From: a candidate division FCPU426 bacterium
GTDB lineage: Bacteria; Oederibacteriota; Muellerivitia; Muellerivitales; Muellerivitaceae
DNA length: 64,000 nt
NCBI GenBank assembly: GCA_963771075.1
Contig: CAVYSE010000002.1
Coordinates: forward strand, 14,714 to 78,713
Reading direction: 5' to 3'
Positions 47,467 through 57,065 of the stretch are shown here, piece after piece. How positions within the stretch are numbered: position 1 is the stretch's first letter; the number at the start of each line of letters is the position of its first letter. A model generated the notes under the pieces. That model was not told the origin of the DNA and did no database searches. It saw only the letters and a program-made list of their open reading frames with translations. A program made the translations under genes and the position numbers.

Positions 47467-49398
47467 TTAATTGGGTTTCTTTTTTTCTCCGAGATATTTC
47501 ATGAGGGTGGCCGCAAGGCCCTCGACACCGCCCCCATTTCCACCGGTCACCAAAATATCCGGAACGACTTTGATATTCTTTTCCGCCAAAGCCTTTACGA
47601 TATTCACGATGGCCGTGGGGGTCTGCCCGAAGGCGTCCACCTGGGCCTTAAACGCCTTGGCGTTGGCCATACCGACCGCCTCAATCTCGGCGCCCTTGGC
47701 CGTACCTGTTTGTTGGATGTAAGAGGCTTCCCCGCGCCCTTCGGCGTCACGGGCATTCGCGTTGTTGGTTTTGATGTCGATGCCCACTTGCGATTTGGCC
47801 AATTCAGCCTGCATATCCGCCGTCCCCTTGGCCTTTTCGGTTTTGATCCTTTCCTCCTGTGCCTCGCGCTGCATGGAAAATGTGGTCTTTTCCTGGTTGG
47901 CGATCTCACGGGTGGTGAGCACCTTGACCAGGTCGCCGGGCAGAACCACGTCCTGGATATAAACGCCTTTAGTCTCGATCTTATAGTCCTTCAACTTGGC
48001 CTCGATATGGGCAAAGGCCTCCTCTTGCACCCCTTGGCGGGTTTCAATGAAGCGAATGGCGGGCATGCTTTGGATCTTGTCGCGGAAATGGTTGCCGACC
48101 GCCGCCTGCAAGACCTCATTCACCAGGTTCTTCATGCTTCCCACGATGGAAATGACCATCGGCGCCTGGGTATCCGCCACGTGGATCTGCACCTGCAGGT
48201 CGATGGAAAAGACGAACCCTTCCCGGCTCTTGGCCACGATAGCCTTGAGGAACTGGTCCAGCTTGTGGGCCTCGGAGACCGCATCGGCCCAATTCAGGTT
48301 CAGGATATAGGTCGGGACGATCTCGGCCTGATAACAGTGGGGGTTGATGGGGTACTTGCCCGTGCGCAAGGGTTCTTCCCAGATACCGCGGTGCCCAGGC
48401 CGCACCAAGGTGCCAAACTTGAATTCCACCCCCGAGGTGTCCTCGGAGAAAAGCCCGACGTAGGACTTGATGACCGCAACCTCGCCCTGTTCCACCACCA
48501 GCATGGGCACCAAGTTGACCGACACCAGGAAGGGGTTCAGGTTGTAGGCCCCATATAGCAGGGGGTCATGCTGAAGACCGATCTTGCCGCCGTTGTCCAG
48601 GAAAGCCTGGAAATCCTGGTAGTTGTTGTGCAGGCCGTTCTTGGTACCAAGGTTAGCCTCCACCAGTTCGGCGTTCTTGGAACCGCCCTTTTCCAGCTTC
48701 TGCAGGTCGTCGAAATCCCCCAGCCGCCCCGCGATACTGCCCGGAGGCAGGGGCCCTCCCTCGTAAGTGGTGACCACGCCCACCACGTCGATGAGCTTCC
48801 CATCCTGGGTGGGCAGTGGCTCGATGCGGATGACGTTGAGCTTCTGGGGGTCCAGGCCGAAGGGCCGGTTTTTGCCGTCCGCGCCTTCCTGGATGCTCGA
48901 ATGGTCGGGCATGATGGGGATGCCGTAGGTCTTGTCCTTCGTGATGACCACGAAGGCGACGGGATGCAGTGGCAAAAGGGTGCCCGGGGGCAGGACGGGC
49001 CTTTGGATGCCTTTTTGTCCGCCCGCCGTGATAAAGGTCTCCAGGTCGGTGAAATGGCCGAATTCCTTTTTGTAAACAGCCGATTTGGCCCCCACGGGAA
49101 TAGCCTCACCCACTTGGGCGAAAACCACACCGATCTGTCCCGCGGGAATCTGGACCCACGGGAATTTCCGCACGCTGTAAAGGACCCAGAACTTGAGACG
49201 GATACCTGGCATGAGCATTTGGGCCTGGAATCCCGCCTCACCCTTGAAGGCGATGGGATTGTCACCCTTGAGTTTCGCGAAGGAGAACCTTTTGAGCACA
49301 AGCCCCACCTCGGTGGGACCAATGACATGAATGGATGGCAGGATGAGAATGGCCAACAACAAGATTGAACCCACCGCCAAAATCAAATAGAGATCCAT
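47467..49398 (-). CDS. flotillin-like SPFH/band-7 domain protein
   Basis: N-terminal TM, SPFH domain, and a long Ala/Glu/Lys-rich coiled coil (EAQEERIKTEKAKGTADMQAELAKSQ). Confidence 0.65.
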   Translation of the reverse strand: MDLYLILAVGSILLLAILILPSIHVIGPTEVGLVLKRFSFAKLKGDNPIAFKGEAGFQAQMLMPGIRLKFWVLYSVRKFPWVQIPAGQIGVVFAQVGEAIPVGAKSAVYKKEFGHFTDLETFITAGGQKGIQRPVLPPGTLLPLHPVAFVVITKDKTYGIPIMPDHSSIQEGADGKNRPFGLDPQKLNVIRIEPLPTQDGKLIDVVGVVTTYEGGPLPPGSIAGRLGDFDDLQKLEKGGSKNAELVEANLGTKNGLHNNYQDFQAFLDNGGKIGLQHDPLLYGAYNLNPFLVSVNLVPMLVVEQGEVAVIKSYVGLFSEDTSGVEFKFGTLVRPGHRGIWEEPLRTGKYPINPHCYQAEIVPTYILNLNWADAVSEAHKLDQFLKAIVAKSREGFVFSIDLQVQIHVADTQAPMVISIVGSMKNLVNEVLQAAVGNHFRDKIQSMPAIRFIETRQGVQEEAFAHIEAKLKDYKIETKGVYIQDVVLPGDLVKVLTTREIANQEKTTFSMQREAQEERIKTEKAKGTADMQAELAKSQVGIDIKTNNANARDAEGRGEASYIQQTGTAKGAEIEAVGMANAKAFKAQVDAFGQTPTAIVNIVKALAEKNIKVVPDILVTGGNGGGVEGLAATLMKYLGEKKKPN

Positions 49399-49571
49399 AG
49401 GGTTTATACCTACCTTTCAATTAAAAAACATTTCCTGTTTAAATCTTCCAGCCAAGTTGACGGGAAATTCAACGCTTATTATATTCCTGCTCTGCGAGGC
49501 AGGCTCTTAAATATCTTTACGCTGTTACAGGGTGGAAACATATCCAAAAGACCAATTCCTTATCATTTCTA

Positions 49572-49599
49572 TGTCAATTAGGGGTTCCCGTCGTGGACA
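49572..49599. repeat. palindromic repeat R9 (TGTCAATTAGGGGTTCCCGTCGTGGACA)
   Basis: 13 bp 3' of ORF 49612..49845. Confidence 0.7.
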
Positions 49600-49611
49600 A
49601 AGAAATAATGG

Positions 49612-49845
49612 TTAAGGCTCGATTAAGGATTTCGCTTTTTCGGTCTTCCGAACGCGGGACTGCCAAAGGCTAAAGGCCAGCAGTATCACCCCTTCGATGC
49701 TTGATACCATGTCAAACTTCAGGCTTGGAAAAAGCGGAAAAAGTATCGCATCGAGGATGCCCATGAAAAGCCCGCCCAAGAAGAGCCGCAACATCAGGTT
49801 TTTCAAGTATTGAACTAACTTTTTAAACTTCAAAATCAACGCCAA
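49612..49845 (-). CDS. hypothetical small membrane protein (2 TM helices), overlapping the 3' end of the Sel1 gene by 10 bp
   Basis: Hydropathy only. Confidence 0.35.
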   Translation of the reverse strand: MALILKFKKLVQYLKNLMLRLFLGGLFMGILDAILFPLFPSLKFDMVSSIEGVILLAFSLWQSRVRKTEKAKSLIEP

Positions 49846-52811
49846 CCGGACTGGTGATAGGTATTCACTTTGTCGGCGGCGTCTTTATATCCCTGGTTTG
49901 CGGCCAATTGAAACCAATAAAGCGCCTTGGGACAGTTGTAGGGGGTGTTCTCGGGCGGGGTTAAAAGGGTGCCATCACAATAAGAGTCGTACAAATCACC
50001 CAATTTATATTCAGCCTCCGCATTCCCCATATTCCCCGCGTAGGTGTACCATTCGATGGCCTTCGCCTCATCAAAATGTCCGCTGTCGGTCGCCATATAA
50101 TAATCCCCGTTTTGGACGGCCTGTTCCGCCGTGGGGGTTGAACTCGAATCCCCCTGGCTGGCGCTGCTTGCGGCGCCCGTGTCGGAAGCCGCCGTCGCGT
50201 TCTTTAAATTATCCAAACATAATTGGGCGTGGGCAAAACCCTGGTTCGCGGACAATTGATACCAATATTTCGCCTTGGCCAAATCCTTCGGCATGCCCGT
50301 TCCCTCCTGGCAGCGCCAACCGATCTCGAACTCGGCCTGGAAATATCCCTGGTCCGCCGACTTCTGGAGCCAGATTACCGCCTTCGCATCGTCCAGCGGG
50401 ACCCCGTGCCCCCCCGCATAACATTCCCCGAGGATATACTCCCCGGTGAGGTTGCCCTGGGCCGCCGATTTGCTCCCCCATTCATAAGCCTTCACGTAAT
50501 CAGCATCCGTGCCCCGGTTGAAATATTGGATGGCTAACTGGCCTTCTCCCTCCGCGTTGCCCTGTTCGGCCGACTGTTGGTAATCTTCAAAGGCTTGGTC
50601 GTTCTGGCCCGCTTTGAGGGCGTCATTCCCCTGTTGCAAGAGGGACGCACCCCCGTCCCCCGAGGAAGCGGCGGCGGCCGCCTTGGATTTTTGTGAATTG
50701 GAATTGAGGACGTCCAATAGTTTTTGCGCTCCGGGATAATTTTGATCCACGGACAATCGAAGCCAATAGAGGGTTTTATCCGGGTCCTTGGCGAGTCCAT
50801 AGCCGAATTGGTAACAGGTCGCCAAGGTATATTCGCCCCTCGCGTCCCCATGGTCCGCCGACTTTTGAAGCCAATCCACCGCCATGCCGTAGTCGCTCTT
50901 GACCCCGAGCCCGGATAAATAGATCAACCCCATTCCACATTCCCCGCTTCCATCACCCTGGTCCGCGGCTTTTTTGAACCATTTTTGGACCGGGACATAA
51001 TGATCTCTCTTGATCCCCTGGCCCTCGCAATAGAGCCAGCCAAGCGCGGCTTGGGCCCGGGCGTTTCCCAATGAGGCCGATTTTTTAAAGAACCCGAGGG
51101 CCTTTTTCAAATGGCCGGCCTTTTGAGCGTCCAGGCCTTTTTGATAATCGGCATGCCCTGGAGCCTTGGGATCCTCTGGCGCAGGGGCAGGATTTCCATT
51201 CTTTTTTTGAGAAGACAGGTTCGAGCCGCCGGTAGCGTTTGGGGAAGAAGTCTTTTCCGAAGTGGTTTGGGAATCCAAGTCCGAAAATGCGCCCTTATAG
51301 GGCGGCGTGATCCCCGAGTTCAAATCGGACAACATTTCCTTGGCTTCCCCATTACCTTGCTTGGCGGCCTTTTCCAGCCATTGTTTGGCCTTTTCCATAT
51401 CCTGTTCCAGGCCAAAATGTTCGTTCAACTGACCACCTTTGGTGGCGTAAAACTTTCCCAGCACAAGTTCAGCGGGCGCGTAGTTTTGCGCGGCTGATTT
51501 TTCAAGCCAATCCAAACCCTTCTCTCGGTCGTCCTCCACTTCTTTGTCCCATTTTTCCTTATCGTTTCCTTCGGTCACCCACATTCCCCCAATGTTCCCG
51601 GCGATCACGGTAGTAAATAGGTTGGCGGCCATGCGGTACTGTCCCTCGGCATTACCCCCCTTGGCCGACCATTCGTACATCCTTGCGGCTTCTTTATAGT
51701 CCTTCTTTTCATCCGCTTCTTTTGCCCTCTTTAAAGCCTCTTCGGGGGATAGGGAATCCTGATTTTGGGGAGCCGCCGGGGAGGAGGCTTGATTCAATTT
51801 TTGCAAGTTCGTGACCGCTTCAGTGTTGCCGAGAGCGGCCGCCTTTTCGAATAAACTCCTGGCCCGGTCTTCGTCCTTGATTCCTAACCCACAGGGATCG
51901 TTTTGATAATAGATCCCCATCCAATTCAAACCGGGGGGATAATTTTGATCCGCTGATTTTTGGATCATGGCCGCATATTCACGGCATTTATCGGGGTCCC
52001 AGTGTTTGGTTTGATCCGCTAACCCTTGCATTTCCATTGCGAACCAGTTTCCGGTACCTTCTTTATACTCCGCCTCGGCATCCCCCTGGGTCGCCGCCTG
52101 GGTACCGGACTCCCCCGTCGCGGTACCTCCCAGGTTTTTCAAATCACTTTGCGCGCTTGCATTTTTTTGATCGGCGGCCATTTGCAGCCAATGCCGGGCG
52201 GTTTCCAGGTTTTTATCCACGCCCGCCCCGTATTCGTAACACTGCCCCAGGCCGTACTGGCCGTAGGCGTTGCCCTGAGCGGCGGATTTTTGGTACCACT
52301 CCAGCGCCTTCGCGTAATCCTTAGCCGCCCCGTGTCCAGTGAAATAGCTTTCACCCAACCCATATTCTCCGTAAGCGTTGCCCGTGTCCGCCGATTTTCG
52401 ATACCACTTCACCGCCTCGGTATAATCCTGGGTTTCGCCCATGCCGTAATCGTAGGCGCAGCCTATACCGTACTGCCCGCCCGACTCGTTCTGGGCCGCT
52501 GATTTCTTGAACCATTCCACTGCGGTCGCGTAATCCTTTTCCACTCCCCATCCGTTCCAGTAGCACCAACCCAGGAGCTGTTCCCCGGTCGGATTTCCCG
52601 CGGCGGCGGACTGTTGGTAATCGCTAAAGGCCTCATCCATCCGCCCGGCCTGCTGGGCCCCCAGGCCGTTCGTGTTGAGCGCGATGGGATCGGCACTTGA
52701 ACTGGAAGGGGGCGCCTCCGCCTGGCAGGCGGCGGTTGTGGCCGAAAGCCACACCCAGGCGGCCGCCCCAAGGATGACGAACAAACCTTTCCCTATGCGT
52801 GCACGAACCAT
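49836..52811 (-). CDS. secreted Sel1-like repeat (SLR) protein, 991 aa
   Basis: Signal peptide, then more than 15 Sel1 repeats (e.g. GNAYGEYGLGESYFTGHGAAKDYAKALEWYQKSAAQG). Confidence 0.75.
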   Translation of the reverse strand: MVRARIGKGLFVILGAAAWVWLSATTAACQAEAPPSSSSADPIALNTNGLGAQQAGRMDEAFSDYQQSAAAGNPTGEQLLGWCYWNGWGVEKDYATAVEWFKKSAAQNESGGQYGIGCAYDYGMGETQDYTEAVKWYRKSADTGNAYGEYGLGESYFTGHGAAKDYAKALEWYQKSAAQGNAYGQYGLGQCYEYGAGVDKNLETARHWLQMAADQKNASAQSDLKNLGGTATGESGTQAATQGDAEAEYKEGTGNWFAMEMQGLADQTKHWDPDKCREYAAMIQKSADQNYPPGLNWMGIYYQNDPCGLGIKDEDRARSLFEKAAALGNTEAVTNLQKLNQASSPAAPQNQDSLSPEEALKRAKEADEKKDYKEAARMYEWSAKGGNAEGQYRMAANLFTTVIAGNIGGMWVTEGNDKEKWDKEVEDDREKGLDWLEKSAAQNYAPAELVLGKFYATKGGQLNEHFGLEQDMEKAKQWLEKAAKQGNGEAKEMLSDLNSGITPPYKGAFSDLDSQTTSEKTSSPNATGGSNLSSQKKNGNPAPAPEDPKAPGHADYQKGLDAQKAGHLKKALGFFKKSASLGNARAQAALGWLYCEGQGIKRDHYVPVQKWFKKAADQGDGSGECGMGLIYLSGLGVKSDYGMAVDWLQKSADHGDARGEYTLATCYQFGYGLAKDPDKTLYWLRLSVDQNYPGAQKLLDVLNSNSQKSKAAAAASSGDGGASLLQQGNDALKAGQNDQAFEDYQQSAEQGNAEGEGQLAIQYFNRGTDADYVKAYEWGSKSAAQGNLTGEYILGECYAGGHGVPLDDAKAVIWLQKSADQGYFQAEFEIGWRCQEGTGMPKDLAKAKYWYQLSANQGFAHAQLCLDNLKNATAASDTGAASSASQGDSSSTPTAEQAVQNGDYYMATDSGHFDEAKAIEWYTYAGNMGNAEAEYKLGDLYDSYCDGTLLTPPENTPYNCPKALYWFQLAANQGYKDAADKVNTYHQSGWR

Positions 52812-52991
52812 GACCGCCTCCCCTTTACGACCAATTAATAAAAAAACCGCGAAAGCCTTAGGCTCGTTCTCCCTTTATTCTATTCCTTCAGTTTGAGGGA
52901 TCGGCGTCGTATCCCTTTTTATCGTATTTGCCGCTGGGAATGCCAAAGACAGTAAACCAATATCAATGAAGACTCAAGGCCGACCACCCCA

Positions 52992-53019
52992 TCGAATTTA
53001 AGATTCCCCATCGTGGACA
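52992..53019. repeat. degenerate palindromic repeat R10 (right arm CCCCATCGTGGACA conserved)
   Basis: 28 bp 3' of the RelE-like gene. Confidence 0.5.
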
Positions 53020-53046
53020 GGTAATATGAATAAATTTCACATTCGG

Positions 53047-53319
53047 TTAAAGATTCCGTAGAATTCTTTCTAGTTCTTTTCGGTCAAGGACACGCAAAAC
53101 AACCACTCCCTTTTTGGTGGGTTCGAAGAGGGACCTATAATCCCCGGTTCGTAAACGGTAAAGGTTCTTATAGCCTTCTAGTTTTTTTACTTTGGGGGGG
53201 CCGGGCCAAGGACGAGTTTGAAGGATTTTCAGTTCGACCAGGATTTCACCTGCGACGGTTTTTTCAAGGGCCTTCAAATCCCTCAAGGCACGGGGTGAAA
53301 GCTCAACGAGGAGGGACAA
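53047..53319 (-). CDS. RelE/ParE family toxin (probable TTG start)
   Basis: ELSPRALRDLKAL ... YRLRTGDYRSLFEPTKKGVVVLRVLDRKE. The long ORF's N-terminal extension overlaps the antitoxin gene and looks non-coding. Confidence 0.55.
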   Translation of the reverse strand: MSLLVELSPRALRDLKALEKTVAGEILVELKILQTRPWPGPPKVKKLEGYKNLYRLRTGDYRSLFEPTKKGVVVLRVLDRKELERILRNL

Positions 53320-53320
53320 A

Positions 53321-53575
53321 TCAGAGCCCCAGCTTCTTGCGGGCTTCCGAAAGGGAAACCCCGCCTTTCTTGGCGTATTCCTTCCTCGACTCCTCGATTT
53401 GATCCATAAACTCGGGCTGTTTATAAACCAAATCCTCGATTTCATCCTCGGTCAGGTGAAGAAGGACGGCCTGGGGTTTTCCATGGTTCGTAATGACGTA
53501 TTTTTCCCCGTTTTCCACACCTTTCATGACAGCTGGGGTTTTCAAGCGCAAATCACGCATATTCACGAATTTCAA
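53321..53575 (-). CDS. Phd/YefM family antitoxin
   Basis: MKFVNMRDLRLKTPAVMKGVENGEKYVITNHGKPQAVLLHL. Confidence 0.65.
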   Translation of the reverse strand: MKFVNMRDLRLKTPAVMKGVENGEKYVITNHGKPQAVLLHLTEDEIEDLVYKQPEFMDQIEESRKEYAKKGGVSLSEARKKLGL

Positions 53576-53661
53576 GAGCGGGTCCTTTGTTACTTATTTG
53601 AGTAACATTATAATAAATCCGAGCTGAACGAAAAGCAAGCGTACCGATATAAGATATAGTT

Positions 53662-53689
53662 CGTTCACGATAGGTCCCCGTCTTGGACA
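53662..53689. repeat. palindromic repeat R11 (CGTTCACGATAGGTCCCCGTCTTGGACA), between the CoA-disulfide reductase stop and the first cassette
   Basis: Most distal copy of the family within the window. Confidence 0.7.
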
Positions 53690-53774
53690 ATCTTCAGGTA
53701 AGGGTTTCTCCCCAAAAAATAATTTGAATTTTTATTCGGATGGTTAGCGGATTATTTTATTAAATTTCGACAAT

Positions 53775-55436
53775 CTAAACCCCATTCGGGTAGACCCGTA
53801 AATAAGAAAGATAACCGCCCGGTAGATTTCGTGCTTTAAAGCCGTTTTGCAAAAGCACCCGGTTAGCGTAATAAGACCTCTGTCCCACCCGACAATTGAC
53901 CCATATTTCCTTGTCTTTCGGTAATTCCCCCAACCGGCTTCTTAAATCATTCAAGGGTATGTTGATGGCTCCTGGGATATGGCCGGTTTGGAATTCTTCC
54001 GGATCGCGGACGTCCAAAATAATTTTGTCTGGAGTGGGCTGAATATCACCCCAGGAAGCCAGTTCCAGGTCGCCCCTCATCACGTTGGATGCGATCATGC
54101 CCGCTACGTTCACCGGGTCCTTGGCCGCGCCATATTGGGGCGCGTAACAGAGCTCCGCTTCCTCCATGTCATAGACCGTGCCGCCCATTTGAATAATGGT
54201 GGAAACCACATCCACACGCTTCTCAACCCCTTCCTCCCCTACCGCCTGGAAACCCAATACCTTTCCGACCGTTCGATCAAACAAAAGTTTGATGATGATG
54301 GGCTTGGCGTCCGGGTAATAAGCAACGTGATGGCCGGGATGCAAGAAAATGGCGGCGTAATTTTTGTAGCCGGAAGTTTTGAGGGTTTTTTCGCTTTCTC
54401 CCGTCATGGCTGCAGTCAGGCCAAAAAAACCGCATACCGCCGTAGATTGAACCCCCCGGAATTGCCGCGGCTTGCCGGATATAACATCCGCCGCGATTCT
54501 TCCCTGGCGGTTCGCCGGCCCCGCCAGGGGAATGAGCCGGGTCACACCCAATGGCAGGGTTTTGACTTCCACCGCGTCCCCCACAGCGAAAATGGAAGGA
54601 TCACTCGTTCGCATTTCATCATCGACCTTGATTCCTCCCAGCGCCCCCAATTCCAAACCCGCCTCTTTAGCCAGGGTAGTTTCAGGCCTTACGCCGATGG
54701 CTAAGATGACCATGCCCGTCTGAATTTGAGCACCTGATTTGGTTTTTACGATCAGGCCGTTGGAAGTCGCCTCAAACGAAGCCGCGCCGTCATTTAAACG
54801 TAAATCCACGCCCCTTTGCCTCAGGCGTTCATGGACCGGCTCCGCCATTTCCGGGTCCAGGGGAGGCATGGCCTGGGAACTCATTTCCAGGAGGGTGACA
54901 TGAAGGCCCTTGTGAACCAGGTTCTCGGTCATTTCCAAACCCACAAATCCCCCGCCCACCACCAGGGCATCCTTGACATTCTTTTCCCTGATCCATTCCC
55001 GGATATGGCGTGAATCGGGGATATTCCGAAGGGTGAAAATGCCTGGCAAATCCACGCCCGGCAGGGGCGGCTTGATGGGCTTGGCTCCCGGGGAAAGAAC
55101 CAGGGCGTCATAAGTTTCGGTGTAAACTTTTCCGCCGGCGAGGTCCTTAACCGACAATTCTTTCTTTGTTCGGTCAATGGAAAGCACCTCGGTATCCACT
55201 TTGACCTGGATATTGAACCTATCCCGGAACAGGGCGGGAGTGGCCACCAACAGTTTTTTCTCCTCGGTAATAACCTCGCCCACGTAATAGGGCAAACCGC
55301 AGTTGGCGAAGGAGACGTATTTACCCCGATCCAGAAGGAGGATTTCCAGGTCTTCCCTTTGGCGCCTTAACCTGGCCGCGCAGGACGCTCCACCCGCCAC
55401 ACCGCCCACGATGACCACTTTTTTCAGGTTATCCAT
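53775..55436 (-). CDS. CoA-disulfide reductase / NADH oxidase-type pyridine nucleotide-disulfide oxidoreductase fused to a C-terminal rhodanese domain
   Basis: FAD site VVIVGGVAGGASCAARL, redox Cys in SFANCGLPY, and a C-terminal rhodanese domain (ILDVRDPEEFQTGHIPGAINIP...CRVGQRS). Confidence 0.8.
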   Translation of the reverse strand: MDNLKKVVIVGGVAGGASCAARLRRQREDLEILLLDRGKYVSFANCGLPYYVGEVITEEKKLLVATPALFRDRFNIQVKVDTEVLSIDRTKKELSVKDLAGGKVYTETYDALVLSPGAKPIKPPLPGVDLPGIFTLRNIPDSRHIREWIREKNVKDALVVGGGFVGLEMTENLVHKGLHVTLLEMSSQAMPPLDPEMAEPVHERLRQRGVDLRLNDGAASFEATSNGLIVKTKSGAQIQTGMVILAIGVRPETTLAKEAGLELGALGGIKVDDEMRTSDPSIFAVGDAVEVKTLPLGVTRLIPLAGPANRQGRIAADVISGKPRQFRGVQSTAVCGFFGLTAAMTGESEKTLKTSGYKNYAAIFLHPGHHVAYYPDAKPIIIKLLFDRTVGKVLGFQAVGEEGVEKRVDVVSTIIQMGGTVYDMEEAELCYAPQYGAAKDPVNVAGMIASNVMRGDLELASWGDIQPTPDKIILDVRDPEEFQTGHIPGAINIPLNDLRSRLGELPKDKEIWVNCRVGQRSYYANRVLLQNGFKARNLPGGYLSYLRVYPNGV

Positions 55437-55465
55437 TGAAGCCGGCTTCCTCTCCCCATGACGCG

Positions 55466-55834
55466 CTATTTTTTGATCGGCAGGCTAAACCCGCGCCAAG
55501 CCATGATACCGCCCTTGATATGGGCCACACGAGTGAACCCCGTTCCTTTCAACAACCTGAGGGCCAGCCCACTCCGGGTCCCGCTGTGGCAATAAAGAAT
55601 GACAGGTTGATCTGTTTTTATTTCCCCCGTTCTTTTCCCCAGTTCCTGAAGGGGGATCAACTTGGAACCGTCAATGTGCCCCTGTTTGTATTCTTCCTCG
55701 CTTCGAACATCCACCAATTGGGGCGGGGTAGGTGCGTTGAGATTCGTGTAGGCTTCCTGCGGGGTCAAATTTTCCGCCGGGTCGCTGGGGCCGAAACCCA
55801 ATAAGGCTTTGAGCATCGAAAGAATGTCTCCCAT
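55466..55834 (-). CDS. single-domain rhodanese (sulfurtransferase)
   Basis: LVDVRSEEEYKQGHIDGSKLIP ... active-site loop CHSGTRS. Confidence 0.75.
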   Translation of the reverse strand: MGDILSMLKALLGFGPSDPAENLTPQEAYTNLNAPTPPQLVDVRSEEEYKQGHIDGSKLIPLQELGKRTGEIKTDQPVILYCHSGTRSGLALRLLKGTGFTRVAHIKGGIMAWRGFSLPIKK

Positions 55835-55851
55835 AAAAAGCTCCTTACCAA

Positions 55852-56478
55852 TTAGTTTTTGGTTCCCGCCAAAAGAAATACTGTAAATTCGCGCTTTTCA
55901 CCTTGCGGCGTTTTCTTTTCAACTTTTGCCGCCGTCCAATCCTGAACTTTTTCAAACCCAGATTGGACATAAAGCCTCGCCAGCGCGCCCCGGTCAAAAC
56001 CCTGGTGAAAAACGCCGGTGTTATCCTCATGAAAGAGTCCACCTTCGGGGTCCAAATCCGCCAAGGCCAGTACTCCGCCCGGTTCCAATAGACTATGGAA
56101 TTTCGAAAGCAGCGCGGCTGTATCCGGCACATGGTGCAGGGCCATACTGCTGACAATTGAGTGATAACGCCCCTGGATTTTTTCGCCCTTTTCCAGATCA
56201 AGAAGCGTCAATTTCACATTCTTAATCCCTGTTTTTTCAATCTTAAGTCGAAGGATATCAAGCATGCCTTGGGATGTATCCAGGGCCATCACGGATTTCA
56301 CGAAAGATTGAATCTTTAGGGTGACGAGTCCCGTTCCACACCCGAAATCGAGAACATTCATCCCAGGATTAAATGTCAAGTTATTGAGCATGGATTGACC
56401 CACGTCATTCGCTAGTTTGACCCGTCCCGGATTCTCGTCCCAGGTCGAAGCTACCTGATTAAAATTTCTCGTTTCCAT
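55852..56478 (-). CDS. class I SAM-dependent methyltransferase
   Basis: Motif I VLDFGCGTGL. Length 208 aa. Confidence 0.7.
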   Translation of the reverse strand: METRNFNQVASTWDENPGRVKLANDVGQSMLNNLTFNPGMNVLDFGCGTGLVTLKIQSFVKSVMALDTSQGMLDILRLKIEKTGIKNVKLTLLDLEKGEKIQGRYHSIVSSMALHHVPDTAALLSKFHSLLEPGGVLALADLDPEGGLFHEDNTGVFHQGFDRGALARLYVQSGFEKVQDWTAAKVEKKTPQGEKREFTVFLLAGTKN

Positions 56479-56616
56479 ATCCGCCCTTCCTCAATTCCAA
56501 GTCACGATAATAATCCATGCGAACTAACATCCCCGATAGGTATGAACCCACCCCAGTCCCCAAGGCGGTCCTTTGCGATTTTCCGGCGGTGGTCTATGAT
56601 GAGCCCCGGAGGAAAA

Positions 56617-56919
56617 ATGTCCAGACCCCGATGCCCACGCCGAATCGAATGCCGCCCTGACGCGAACTACTTCAAGCCTCGCGGAATTCCCATGAGTGAG
56701 TTGCAGGAAATTCGTTTGGAAGCCGATGAACTGGAATCCCTACGTCTCGCCGATTACGAGGGCCTCTATCACGAGGAGGCTTCTAAAAAGATGGGCGTTT
56801 CCCGCCCAACCTTCGGGCGCATCCTGGAATCCGCGCGAAAAAAAGTCGCCTCGGCGCTGGTCAAGGGTTGCGCCCTTCAAATCCAAAAAGAAACAAAAAA
56901 TCCCCCTTCGAAAAGTTAA
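56617..56919 (+). CDS. DUF134 (UPF0251) family HTH protein
   Basis: The N-terminal pattern MSRPRCPRRIECRPDANYFKPRGIP is typical of DUF134. C-terminal sigma-70-region-4-like HTH (YHEEASKKMGVSRPTFGRILESARKK). Confidence 0.6.
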   Translation: MSRPRCPRRIECRPDANYFKPRGIPMSELQEIRLEADELESLRLADYEGLYHEEASKKMGVSRPTFGRILESARKKVASALVKGCALQIQKETKNPPSKS

Positions 56920-57065
56920 TCTAGCGAAAGTCTCCCACACCTTGCCGGACCCATTATTGTCCCCATTTCCCTTGAAGGTTATGAACATATGTTCATAATA
57001 AAGACTTCCGTTGCTCCCCATTCACGGATTTGCCGTTCATCGTGATCACCCCAAAGGAGAATACC

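Noticed and set aside
40071-53689. CRISPR array interpretation of the 11 palindromic repeats
   Set aside because: Repeat spacing is 300-3,400 bp and the intervening DNA encodes full genes. CRISPR repeats are spaced by 25-50-bp spacers and are rarely perfect 12-bp-arm palindromes.
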